61,966 nt of DNA, from the NCBI GenBank assembly GCA_044344255.1, contig JBIJDH010000031.1, positions 1-61,966 of the forward strand, written 5' to 3'. Shown here one piece after another: positions 31,933 through 41,069 of the stretch (position 1 is its first letter; each line of letters begins with the position of its first letter). This DNA is from Myxococcota bacterium (lineage in GTDB: Bacteria > Myxococcota_A > UBA796 > UBA2385). The notes beneath the pieces are model-generated. The model was given only the letters and a program-made list of their open reading frames with translations. It made no database searches and was not told the DNA's origin. Position numbers and translations under genes: made by a program.

Positions 31933-33723
31933 TCACGGATCCATGTAGCCGAGGGCCCGGAGCGCGTCCCGAACGGAGGGGTCCACACCGAGGGACTCCG
32001 GCACGGGGGTCTCGAGGGTCGCGTCGAAGGTCGCGCGCAGCAGGGGATCTTCGACGAGGCCGGGGTGCAGCTCCCGGGGATCGGTGACCCGGTCGTAGGG
32101 CGCCGGTGGATCCCAGCGCGAACCCGCGTAGGAGTCCGCCCCGCCGCGGAGGGCCAGCGAGGCGAAGGGGCCGAGCTCGGTCCCGCCGGCCTCTGGGAAG
32201 GTCTGGGCGAAGGAGGCCGAGACCACGCGGCGGGCGGGGTCCGGGTGGAGGAGCGAGAGCCCCTCCATCTCGTCGGGGATGGGGAGCCCCGCGAGCTCGA
32301 GCAGCGTGGGCCCGAGATCGATGAGCGAGACGGCGCTGTCGACCACCGCGGGGGCCTGCCCGGGCCGCCGGACGAGGAGGGGGACGTGGGTGTCGGGGGC
32401 GAAAGAGAGCTTGCCGTGGCTGAAGGTGAGCCCGTGCTCGCCGAGGCTCTCTCCGTGGTCGGCGGTGATGATCACGGTGGCATCGGCGCCGATGCCCGCG
32501 AGCAAGGCGCCGACGATCCGATCGGTGTCCTCGAGCTCTGCGCGGTAGAGCGCGGCGCCGCGGTCCCGCTCCTCGGGGCTCACCTCGCGGCGCAGGCTCA
32601 TCACCACCTCGAGGGCATTGCGCTTCAGGGGTTGGTTGTCGGCCAACCCCGCCCTCGCGGCGGCCTCGAGGCTCGGCGTGTAGGGCCAGTGCGGATCGTA
32701 GAGGTGGACCCAGGTGAAACGAGGCCCGCGGTCTTCGGTCGCGAGGGCGAGGTGCACGGTCTCGGCGCCCGGCCGCCCCACCGCCGATCCCGCGCGCCGC
32801 CGCCAGCCGAGGAAGCTGAGCAGCGGCTCCCCGTGGACGACCCGCTCGGAGAAGGCGCTGTCGTAGCGGTCGAAGCCACGGTCGAAGCCGAGCGAGGCGT
32901 CGAGCACGGAGGCCGAGACGAAGGCGCGGGTGCGGTAGCCGGCCGCCCGCAGCCGCTCGGGCACCCAGGGGATGTCGGGAGAGAGCGGGCGACCGTTGGC
33001 GATGATCCCGTGGCGGGCTGGCATCTGGCCGGAGAGCAGGCTCGTGTGGGCGGGGGCGGTCAGCGCGAGCGGGCTCCAGGCGGAGCGGTAATTCACCGCC
33101 GTGGCGGCGAAGGCGTCGAGGTGCGGGGTGTGCGCGAGGGCCACGTCGCCGCCGACAAAAGAGAGGTGGTCGGCGCGGGTGGTGTCCAGGGTGATGAGCC
33201 AGAGCTCCGGGCCCTCGGCGGGCGGGGCCGACGGGCGCCCGAGGCCCTCGAAGGCGAAGCAGACCAGCGCCGAGAGGAGCATCGTCCAGGCCAGGAAGTC
33301 ACGGGCGCGGCTCCGGAGCGCCAGCGCCAGGGCGGCGAAGCCCAGGGCGCCGAGGGCGAGCCAGCCCCCGCCCACCTCGACGTGGAGCTGCCCCTGGCGC
33401 GGGGCCACCGCGAGGGCGGCGAGGGCGAGGGAGGGGAGCACCGCGGCGCCCACGAGGCTCGCGCGGCGCGCACTCCCGGCGAGCGTCGCGGCGACGACCG
33501 AGAGCCCTGCTCCCAGCAGCAGCACGCCGATCGCGCCCTGCTGGGCCTCCTCGGGCAGCAGCACCGCCCCGGTGGGCCCCTGCCAGACCGCCCGCAGCAG
33601 CAGCGGCAGCGCGGCCCCGACGAACAGGCTGGCCGCTCGCCCCGCGAGGCCCCCCGGAGACGAGGGGGGGCGCGCAGGATAGGGTCCTTGGACCCCCAAT
33701 TTCTCGGGGCTGGGGGAGGGCAT
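31933..33723 (-). CDS. Membrane-anchored sulfatase-fold protein (TxPxH variant)
   Basis: N-terminal TMs; LITLDTTRAD, LTAPAHTSLLSG, HLYDPHWPY, ADHGE, LRALGY. Start position approximate. Confidence 0.85.
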   Translation of the reverse strand: MPSPSPEKLGVQGPYPARPPSSPGGLAGRAASLFVGAALPLLLRAVWQGPTGAVLLPEEAQQGAIGVLLLGAGLSVVAATLAGSARRASLVGAAVLPSLALAALAVAPRQGQLHVEVGGGWLALGALGFAALALALRSRARDFLAWTMLLSALVCFAFEGLGRPSAPPAEGPELWLITLDTTRADHLSFVGGDVALAHTPHLDAFAATAVNYRSAWSPLALTAPAHTSLLSGQMPARHGIIANGRPLSPDIPWVPERLRAAGYRTRAFVSASVLDASLGFDRGFDRYDSAFSERVVHGEPLLSFLGWRRRAGSAVGRPGAETVHLALATEDRGPRFTWVHLYDPHWPYTPSLEAAARAGLADNQPLKRNALEVVMSLRREVSPEERDRGAALYRAELEDTDRIVGALLAGIGADATVIITADHGESLGEHGLTFSHGKLSFAPDTHVPLLVRRPGQAPAVVDSAVSLIDLGPTLLELAGLPIPDEMEGLSLLHPDPARRVVSASFAQTFPEAGGTELGPFASLALRGGADSYAGSRWDPPAPYDRVTDPRELHPGLVEDPLLRATFDATLETPVPESLGVDPSVRDALRALGYMDP

Positions 33724-33744
33724 CGGCTGCGCTGTGCCTGTGCG

Positions 33745-33782
33745 GCTGCATGTTTTTTCATGCGAGCGCATGAACATGCAGC
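33745..33782. promoter_or_regulatory. Tandem ARG boxes (ArgR operator) upstream of argG
   Basis: TGCATGTTTTTTCA (33747-33760) and CGCATGAACATGCA (33767-33780) resemble TGnAT-N4-ATnCA, spaced as two 18-mers 2 bp apart. Confidence 0.7.
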
Positions 33783-33863
33783 GGCTCCGGTTAGGGGGCG
33801 GCCCCCTAATCAGCGGCCCCCCCAGAGGGGGCGTGGCTCCCCGGTGCCGGAGGCTCGAAGAAG

Positions 33864-35102
33864 ATGTCTGGAACGCCAATTCGTAAGATTGTATGTGCCT
33901 ACTCGGGCGGCCTCGATACCAGCGTGATGATCCCCTGGCTCAAAGAGCGCTACGACGCCGAGATCATCACGTACACCGGCGATCTCGGTCAGGCAGAGGA
34001 CCTCCGCGGCATCCGCGCCAAGGCCCTCGCCACCGGCGCCACCAAGGCCTACGTTGAGGATCTGCGCGAGCGCTTCGTCGACGAGTTCATCTGGCCCGCC
34101 GTGAAGGCCAGCGCCCTCTACGAAGGGCAGTACCCCCTCCACACCGCCCTCGGCCGCCCCCTGCTCGCCCAGCGCCTCGTCGAGGTGGCGGCCGCCGAGG
34201 GCGCCGACGCCATCGCCCACGGCTGCACCGCCAAGGGCAACGACCAGGTGCGCTTCGAGGTCACCGCCCAGGCGCTCTCCCCCGAGCTCCTCGTGCTGGC
34301 CCCCCTCCGCGAGTGGGAGCTCACCACCCGCGAGGCGGAGGTCGACTACGCGGTCGCCCGCGGCATCTCGATCCCCATCACCCGCGAGAAGCCCTACTCC
34401 ATCGACCGCAACCTCTGGGGCTGCGCCATCGAGTGCGGCGAGATGGAGTACCTCTGGGCCGAGCCCCCGGCCGACGCCTGGATCCTCACCAAGGACCCCT
34501 CCCACGCGCCCAAGGGCTCCGTCGAGCTCATCCTCGGCTTCGAGGCGGGCATCCCCGTGTCGATCGACGGCCGGCCGATGGGCGGCGTGCAGCTCATCGA
34601 GTACCTCAACGAGATCGCGGGCGCCTTCGGCGTCGGCCGCATCGACATGGTCGAGAACCGCGTGGTGGGGCTGAAGAGCCGCGAGGTCTATGAGGCCCCC
34701 GCGGCCACCCTCCTCCACATGGCCCACACCGAGCTCGAGCGCATCACCCTCGACAAGCCGACCTTCAACATGAAGCGGCACCTGTCGCAGGACTTCGCCA
34801 ACATCATCTACGACGGCGTCTGGTTCGGCCCGCTGCGCGAGTGCCTCGCCGCCTTCATCGACAAGAGCCAGGAGCCCGTGCACGGCGAGGTCCGCATCCG
34901 CGTCTCCGCCGGCCTCGCCCGCATCACCGGCCGCCGCTCGCCCCACTCCCTCTACGACGAGGGGCTCGCCACCTACTCCCACGGCGACACCTTCGACCGC
35001 GGCGCCGCCAAGGGCTTCCTCCAGCTCTACGGCCTCGGCTACCGCACCGTGGCCGCCGTCCGTCGCCACAACCAGCACCGCGGCCCCGGCGAGGGCGTCT
35101 GA
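33864..35102 (+). CDS. argG: Argininosuccinate synthase
   Basis: AYSGGLDTS, HGCTAKGNDQVRFE, YSIDRNLWG, ENRVVGLKSREVYEAP. Confidence 0.98.
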   Translation: MSGTPIRKIVCAYSGGLDTSVMIPWLKERYDAEIITYTGDLGQAEDLRGIRAKALATGATKAYVEDLRERFVDEFIWPAVKASALYEGQYPLHTALGRPLLAQRLVEVAAAEGADAIAHGCTAKGNDQVRFEVTAQALSPELLVLAPLREWELTTREAEVDYAVARGISIPITREKPYSIDRNLWGCAIECGEMEYLWAEPPADAWILTKDPSHAPKGSVELILGFEAGIPVSIDGRPMGGVQLIEYLNEIAGAFGVGRIDMVENRVVGLKSREVYEAPAATLLHMAHTELERITLDKPTFNMKRHLSQDFANIIYDGVWFGPLRECLAAFIDKSQEPVHGEVRIRVSAGLARITGRRSPHSLYDEGLATYSHGDTFDRGAAKGFLQLYGLGYRTVAAVRRHNQHRGPGEGV

Positions 35103-36457
35103 TGGCGCTCTGGGACGGCCGCTTCTCCGGTGGGCCAGCCGAGGAGATGCTGGCCTTCTCAGAGTCCCTCTCCACCGATCTGCTGATGTTCGAAGAGGAC
35201 ATCGACGGCTCGGTGGCCCACGCGACCATGCTCGCCGAGGTCGGCTTGATCTCGCCGGAGGAGTCCGCCACCCTCCGGCGGGGCCTCGAGGCCGTGCGGG
35301 CCGATCTGCGGGGCGGCTGGCGCCCCTCGATCGAGGACGAGGACATCCACATGGCCGTGGAGCGGCGGCTCCAGGGCCACGTCGGCGCTGTGGCGGGGAA
35401 GCTCCACACCGCGCGCTCGCGGAATGACCAGGTGGCCACCGACGTGCGTCTGTGGCTGCGGGCCCGCCTCGACCTCCTCGATGAGGCGCTCCAGGCCTTG
35501 ATCCACACGCTGCTCGACCGCGTGGAGGCCGACGGGAGGCAGCTCGTCCCCGGGCCCACCCACCTCCAGCGCGGGCAGCCGATCTGGTTGGGCCACCACC
35601 TCCTCGCCCACGCCTGGGCCTTCTCGCGCGACCGCGAGCGCCTCGCCGACGCCCGACGTCGGGTGAACCGCTCCCCGCTCGGGGCGGCGGCGATGGCCGG
35701 CACCCCGCACCCCATCGATCGGGCCCGCACCGCCGAACTCCTCGGCTTCGACGGCCTCGTCGACAACGCGATGGACGCCGTCAGCGCGCGCGACCACCTC
35801 ATCGAGAGCGTGGCGGTCACCGCGATCCTCGCCACCCACCTCTCGCGGCTGGCCGAGGAGCTCGTGCTCTGGAGCACGCCCGAATTCCATCGCGCCCGCC
35901 TGTCGGACGCCTGGAGCACCGGCAGCTCGATCATGCCGCAGAAGCGCAACCCCGACGCCGCCGAGCTCATCCGCGGGCGGACCGGGCGCACGGTGGGGGC
36001 CCTCGTCTCACTGTTGATGCTGGTCAAGGCGCTGCCCCTCGCCTACAACCGCGACCTCCAGGAGGACCGCCCGGCCCTCTTCGAGGCCGTAACGAGCGCG
36101 CTGGCCTCGGTGCGGGTGATGACCGGGGTGATGGGCTCGCTCGAGTTCAGACCCGGCCCCGACCTGCGCGGGGACTTCCTGCTCACCACCGAGCTCGCCG
36201 ACTACCTCGCGAGCGAGGGCGTCCCCTTCCGTGAGGCCCACCACGTCGCCGGCAGCCTCGTCAAGCTCTGCGAGCAGCGCGGCGTCGGCCTCGACGCCCT
36301 CTCCCTCGACGATCTGCAGGCCGCCCACCCCGCCTTCACCCCCGCGGTCTTCGCCTGGCTCGATCCGGAGGCCGCCGCCGAGCGCCGCCGCTCGACGGGC
36401 GGCACGGCCTGGGTCGAGATCGAGCGCCAGGTCGCGCGCCTGCGGAGCCTGTCGTGA
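35102..36457 (+). CDS. argH: Argininosuccinate lyase
   Basis: LWDGRF, EDIHM, HTARSRNDQ, STGSSIMPQKRNPD, YNRDLQED. ATG 35102 overlaps the argG stop. Confidence 0.97.
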   Translation: MALWDGRFSGGPAEEMLAFSESLSTDLLMFEEDIDGSVAHATMLAEVGLISPEESATLRRGLEAVRADLRGGWRPSIEDEDIHMAVERRLQGHVGAVAGKLHTARSRNDQVATDVRLWLRARLDLLDEALQALIHTLLDRVEADGRQLVPGPTHLQRGQPIWLGHHLLAHAWAFSRDRERLADARRRVNRSPLGAAAMAGTPHPIDRARTAELLGFDGLVDNAMDAVSARDHLIESVAVTAILATHLSRLAEELVLWSTPEFHRARLSDAWSTGSSIMPQKRNPDAAELIRGRTGRTVGALVSLLMLVKALPLAYNRDLQEDRPALFEAVTSALASVRVMTGVMGSLEFRPGPDLRGDFLLTTELADYLASEGVPFREAHHVAGSLVKLCEQRGVGLDALSLDDLQAAHPAFTPAVFAWLDPEAAAERRRSTGGTAWVEIERQVARLRSLS

Positions 36458-36894
36458 TCGGCCTCCAGCGGCTGAGCGAGGTGCGGCCCATCCTCGAGAC
36501 CGCGCGGGTGATCGCCGTGCTCGGGGCGCACTCCGACCTCGGCCGCCCCGCCGGCTACGTGCCCGCCTATCTCCACGCCCAGGGCTACCGGGTGTTGCCC
36601 GTCAACCCGCGGCTCGTGGGCGAGCGGCTCTTCGGCGAGCCGGTTCGGCGAGACCTGAGCGAGATCGGGGAGTCCATCGACATCGTGGACATCTTCCGAC
36701 GGTCGGAGGACCTCCCCGCCCACCTCCCCGAGCTCCTCGGCCTGTCGCCCCTCCCTCGCGTGGTGTGGCTGCAGCAGGGCATCGTGAACGACTCCTTCGC
36801 CGCGGCCCTCGTCGCGGTGGGGATCACCGTGGTGCAGAGCCGCTGCACCCTCGCCGATCATCAGGCGCTCGGCCTGCCGCCCATCGGGGATTGA
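36454..36894 (+). CDS. CoA-binding protein (YccU-like)
   Basis: IAVLGA, GYRVLPVNP, DIVDIFRRS, VWLQQG. Confidence 0.9.
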   Translation: MIGLQRLSEVRPILETARVIAVLGAHSDLGRPAGYVPAYLHAQGYRVLPVNPRLVGERLFGEPVRRDLSEIGESIDIVDIFRRSEDLPAHLPELLGLSPLPRVVWLQQGIVNDSFAAALVAVGITVVQSRCTLADHQALGLPPIGD

Positions 36895-36950
36895 GCGACC
36901 CGACATGGTCCCGGGGGCGCCACCGGCCTGTCACAGGGCGACTTTAGGGT

Positions 36951-37268
36951 GTGATCATGAACGACACGACCAACCCCTCCCCTCGATCCGGCGACCTGCT
37001 CTCCGACTCGGAGACCGGGAACGTCCTCTCTCTCGTGCGGGCCGGCTTCCGCGCGATCCACCAAGACGAGGCCGCGGCCCTGCTGCGCTCCCTCTCTCCG
37101 GGCCCCATGCCCGCACCGGACTGGAAGCGGCTCCGCGCCCTGGCCCGCGTGGGCGAAGACGCTCAATTCAGCGCGCTCCTCGAGGCCCTCGCCATGCGTC
37201 TCCCGCCGCCCGCCGCCGCGCGGATGAAAGAGGCGGCTGAGCTCGTGCTGGACGCCGCCCACCCCTGA
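36951..37268 (+). CDS. Hypothetical protein
   Basis: 105-aa helical-looking ORF that fills the gap; host-like codon use. Confidence 0.6.
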   Translation: MIMNDTTNPSPRSGDLLSDSETGNVLSLVRAGFRAIHQDEAAALLRSLSPGPMPAPDWKRLRALARVGEDAQFSALLEALAMRLPPPAAARMKEAAELVLDAAHP

Positions 37269-37280
37269 GGGCGGGCCCGC

Positions 37281-37658
37281 TCAGAGCTCCATCGAGAATT
37301 CGCCCGCGTTGTCGAAGAAGTCGCAGTCGCCGACCACCTTGTCGTCGTTACCCCGCAGGTCACCGTCGACGGACAGCGTGATCACGTAGCCGCCGTAGAG
37401 GCCCTCGAGATCCATGGCGACCTTGTCGCCGTCGCGCGAGCCGCCCATGTCGCCGCGGAAGCGGTAGCCGTCGTAGTCGAACCAGCCGTCCCCGTGGACC
37501 TTGTCGCCCTTCTCGGCGTCGACGTCGAGCATGAAGTCGACGGGCATGTCACCGCCGTCTGTGGGGACGATGCAGGTGCCGCGCCAATTCCCGAGCAGGC
37601 TCTTGCCGCAGCCCCCAAGGAGGAGCGCGGGGAGGAGGGCGAGGATGAATGGACGCAT
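37281..37658 (-). CDS. Small beta-rich lipoprotein
   Basis: Lipobox LGGC; GGAG SD-like sequence upstream. Confidence 0.8.
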   Translation of the reverse strand: MRPFILALLPALLLGGCGKSLLGNWRGTCIVPTDGGDMPVDFMLDVDAEKGDKVHGDGWFDYDGYRFRGDMGGSRDGDKVAMDLEGLYGGYVITLSVDGDLRGNDDKVVGDCDFFDNAGEFSMEL

Positions 37659-37678
37659 GGGTGGACTCCTGCACTCCC

Positions 37679-38023
37679 TTACTTGCTTGGGCGGCCGACC
37701 GTCAATCGCCTCCTCGTCAGCAGCAGGGGGAAGGCGAGGGCCGCGCCGCCGCCGCAGCCGCCCTTCTCGCCGTCTGGGGGCGCCTCGCGCGGGCAGCCTT
37801 CGTCGATCTCGTCGTCGCAGTCATTGTCGACCTCGTCGCAGGCCTCGGGCGCGCCAGGGAAGATGGTGGGGTCGTCCGGGGCGCAATCGACGGCGTCGGG
37901 CCAGGTGTCGTCATCGGTGTCGTCGCCGTGATCCGCGATGGGGGCCGCGAGGACCGCGCCGCAGCGCAGGACCGCACCGCAGAGCAAGACCCGACAGAGG
38001 GCGACGATCGGGCGAGGGGCCAA
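37679..38023 (-). CDS. Small exported protein with one MopE-like motif and a MYXO-CTERM-like tail
   Basis: DCAPDDPTIFPGAPEACDEVDNDCDDEIDEG, then KGGCGGGAALAFPLLLTRRR. Confidence 0.75.
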   Translation of the reverse strand: MAPRPIVALCRVLLCGAVLRCGAVLAAPIADHGDDTDDDTWPDAVDCAPDDPTIFPGAPEACDEVDNDCDDEIDEGCPREAPPDGEKGGCGGGAALAFPLLLTRRRLTVGRPSK

Positions 38024-38142
38024 GCGCGCCTCCGGGTGGGCCGATGGGTGTCTCCTCCCCTACCCGCTTGGCCCCCGAAGCCCCACGGGGGCTCCCGGGG
38101 TGGCGCCTCCTGGGATAAGCCGGCCGCTTCCCCGGAGCGTGC

Positions 38143-39543
38143 ATGAACCTCGGCCTCACTCGCCTCCTATTGTCCGGAACCTTGCTGTCCGGCACCGTGC
38201 TGTCCGGTGCCCTGCTGTCCGGTGCCCTGCTGTCGGCGGCGCTGGGCGCCACGGCTCAGGCCGCGGAGCCCCCGCTCCAGATCCCCTTCGAGAAGACCGA
38301 GCTCGACAATGGGCTCGACCTCATCTTGAGCGAAGATCACTCCGTACCCTTCGTCTGGGTCGAGGTCTGGTACTCGGTCGGCAGCAAGGACGAGAAGGCG
38401 GGGCGAACGGGCTTCGCGCACCTCTACGAGCACTTGATGTTCCAGGGCTCGGCGCACCTCAACGACGACTACTTCGTGCCCCTGCAGGCCATCGGCGCCC
38501 GAATCAACGGCACGACCAACACCGATCGCACCAACTACTTTGAGGGCGTCCCGAGCGAGCACCTGCCGCTCGCCCTCTGGTTGGAGAGCGACCGAATGGG
38601 CTACCTCCTCCCCGCCCTCGACGGCGCCAAGCTCCAGAACCAAAAGGACGTGGTGCGGAACGAGCGGCGCCAGAGCTACGAGAACCGCCCCTACGGCAAG
38701 GTCTGGATGTGGCTGGCGGAGGCCCTCTACCCCGAGGGCCACCCCTACCACACCGTGACCATCGGCAAACACGAGGACATCGAGGCGGCCACGCTGGAAG
38801 ACGTCAAGGACTTCTTCCGCACCTGGTACGTACCGAACAACGCCACGCTGGCCATCGTGGGCGACTTCGATCCGGCGCAGGCCAAGGCGCTGGTCCAGCA
38901 GTACTTCGGCAGCATCCCCAAGGGCCCCCAGCCCACCCCGGTCATGGAGGCGCCGGCGAGCCTCGACGCGGAGAAGGTGATCCGTAAGGAGGACGATGTC
39001 CCCCTGGCCAAGGTGTGGATCAGCTGGCTCACCCCGAAGTCCCTCGCCCCGGGTGACGCGGATCTCGACATCGTGGCCAACCTGCTCAGCGATGGCAAGG
39101 ACAGCCGGCTCTACGTCGAGCTGGTGAAGAACAAGCAGATCGCCAAGGAGATCGCGGCTTACCAGTCGAGCAGCTTCCTCGGGAGCGAATTCGTGGTCGA
39201 GGCCACCGCCGCCGAGGGCCACACCACCGACGAGGTCGTGGCGGCGATCGATCAGCAGCTCAGCCTGCTCCGCGCCCAGGGGCCGACCCAAGGTGAGGTG
39301 GACGTCGCGCGCACGCAGTACCGCGTCGGCGCCTACGGGAGCTTGCAGACCATCCAGGGCAAGGCCAACCGGCTGTGCAACTACAACGTGCTGAAGGGTG
39401 ATCCCGGCTACCTCGGCCAGGATCTGGCCCGCTATGACCAGATCACGATCGCGACCGCCCAGGAGGCCGCACGCCAGTGGCTCCCCCAGGACAAGCGCGT
39501 GGTGCTCCACGTGACCCCCCGCGCCAAGACCGGAGGAAAGTAG
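38143..39543 (+). CDS. M16 zinc peptidase, catalytic subunit
   Basis: GFAHLYEHLMF (HxxEH), NGTTNTDRTNY, WLESDRM, VVRNERR. Confidence 0.95.
   Translation: MNLGLTRLLLSGTLLSGTVLSGALLSGALLSAALGATAQAAEPPLQIPFEKTELDNGLDLILSEDHSVPFVWVEVWYSVGSKDEKAGRTGFAHLYEHLMFQGSAHLNDDYFVPLQAIGARINGTTNTDRTNYFEGVPSEHLPLALWLESDRMGYLLPALDGAKLQNQKDVVRNERRQSYENRPYGKVWMWLAEALYPEGHPYHTVTIGKHEDIEAATLEDVKDFFRTWYVPNNATLAIVGDFDPAQAKALVQQYFGSIPKGPQPTPVMEAPASLDAEKVIRKEDDVPLAKVWISWLTPKSLAPGDADLDIVANLLSDGKDSRLYVELVKNKQIAKEIAAYQSSSFLGSEFVVEATAAEGHTTDEVVAAIDQQLSLLRAQGPTQGEVDVARTQYRVGAYGSLQTIQGKANRLCNYNVLKGDPGYLGQDLARYDQITIATAQEAARQWLPQDKRVVLHVTPRAKTGGK
38167..38241 (+). repeat. Five 15-bp tandem units in the M16 signal peptide (LLSGT/LLSGA)
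   Basis: ctattgtccggaacc ttgctgtccggcacc gtgctgtccggtgcc ctgctgtccggtgcc ctgctgtcggcggcg. Confidence 0.85.
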
Positions 39544-39544
39544 G

Positions 39545-41029
39545 ATGAACCGCCTCTCCCAGAGCTCCCTCCTGCTCCTGCTCGCCCTCGTCGGCTGTCC
39601 CAAGAAGGAGGAGCCCGTCGTGGTCGCCCCGGCGCCGGCCCCCGCCGCCGAGCCCGCCTGGCGCACCCAGGCGCCGGCCCCCCTCTCGCCCCGCGCCTTC
39701 CAGATCCCGCCCCTGTCCGAGGCGAAGCTCTCGAACGGGATCTCCGTGGTCGTCGTGGAGAACCACGAGGTGCCGATCGTCTACGTGCGGCTCGTGATCG
39801 AGGCCGGCTCCTTCACCGACTCGCCCAAGAAGCCCGGCGTGGCGGCCTTCGCGATGGACATGCTGAACGAGGGCGCCGGCAAGCTTGACGCGGCCGCTCT
39901 CTCCCGCGAGCTTCGTAAGCTCGGCAGCGGCGTCAGCAGCTCCGCAGGCTTGGACGGCGCGGCGATCGGCGCGCAGTCGCTCAAGGACAAGCTCGAGCCC
40001 ACCCTGGATCTGCTCGCCCTCATCGCGCTCAAGCCCTCCTTCCCCGCCGCCGAGCTCGAGCTGAAGCGGAAGCAGACGCTGCAAGACCTCACCTCCGAGC
40101 GAAACGACCCCGGGCGCATCGCCGATCGGGTCTGGCGAGCGCGGATGTACGGCCCCCAGTACGAGGGCGTGCTGCAGAGCGAGGCCTCAGTCAAGCAGAT
40201 CAAGCTGGCAGACCTCAAGGCCTGGTACGCCGCCTACGTGCGGCCGGAGAACGCCCGCATCTACGTCGGCGGAGACACCACCCTCGCCGAGATCCTGCCC
40301 ATGCTCGAGGCCCGCTTCGGCGCGTGGAAGGGCCAGGGTAAGGCCGGCCCGCTGCAGAAGCCCGTGGCGGGCTCGTCGATTCGGCCCGACAAGACGACGA
40401 TCTACCTCGCGGACAAGCCGGGGGCCGCGCAGTCTGTGGTGTCGGTGGGTCACCCCATCCCCGATCGGCGGGCCCCCGACCACACCGCCTTCCAGCTCGC
40501 CAATCGCGTGATCGGCGGGCAGTTCACCTCCCGCATCAACATGAACCTGCGGGAGGCGAAGGGCTGGACCTACGGGTCGCGCTCGGACAGCGACTACAAC
40601 TACGCAGGCGGCATGTGGAGCGTGTCGGCCAACATCGTCACCCCGCACACCGCGGAGGCGATCTCGGAGATCCTGCGCGATCTCAGCCAGGCCCACGGGG
40701 AGCGGCCGATCACGGAGGCCGAGCTCGAGGCGGCGCGGAGCAGCTACCTCGGCGGCTTCCCGCTCGGCTTCGAGAACCCGGGCCAGCTGCTCGGCCAGAC
40801 CCAAGACATCCGCCGCTACGGCCTCCCCGAGACCTGGACCGCCAGCTTCCCCGACCGGGTGCGGGCGGTCACCCTCGCCGACGCCCAGGCCTCTTGGAAC
40901 GGCCGCGTGAACGTGGGCCAGCTCGCGATCGTCGTCGTCGGGGACGCCGCTTTGGTGGCCGAGCCCCTCACCCAGCTCGGCTTCCCGGTGGTTCGGGTCG
41001 ACACCGACGGTCAGCCCGTCCGGCCCTGA
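39545..41029 (+). CDS. M16 family non-catalytic partner, lipoprotein
   Basis: Lipobox LVGC; LSNG; no HxxEH; SRINMNLREAKGWTYG. Confidence 0.9.
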   Translation: MNRLSQSSLLLLLALVGCPKKEEPVVVAPAPAPAAEPAWRTQAPAPLSPRAFQIPPLSEAKLSNGISVVVVENHEVPIVYVRLVIEAGSFTDSPKKPGVAAFAMDMLNEGAGKLDAAALSRELRKLGSGVSSSAGLDGAAIGAQSLKDKLEPTLDLLALIALKPSFPAAELELKRKQTLQDLTSERNDPGRIADRVWRARMYGPQYEGVLQSEASVKQIKLADLKAWYAAYVRPENARIYVGGDTTLAEILPMLEARFGAWKGQGKAGPLQKPVAGSSIRPDKTTIYLADKPGAAQSVVSVGHPIPDRRAPDHTAFQLANRVIGGQFTSRINMNLREAKGWTYGSRSDSDYNYAGGMWSVSANIVTPHTAEAISEILRDLSQAHGERPITEAELEAARSSYLGGFPLGFENPGQLLGQTQDIRRYGLPETWTASFPDRVRAVTLADAQASWNGRVNVGQLAIVVVGDAALVAEPLTQLGFPVVRVDTDGQPVRP

Positions 41030-41069
41030 GGGCCAGATCGCCCGCCGGGCACGTCCGGGGGAGCTGGCC

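Noticed and set aside
31120..33927. 935-aa plus-strand ORF (similarly 51406-53682 and 56527-58869)
   Set aside because: Antisense shadows of well-supported minus-strand genes, with no recognisable motifs.
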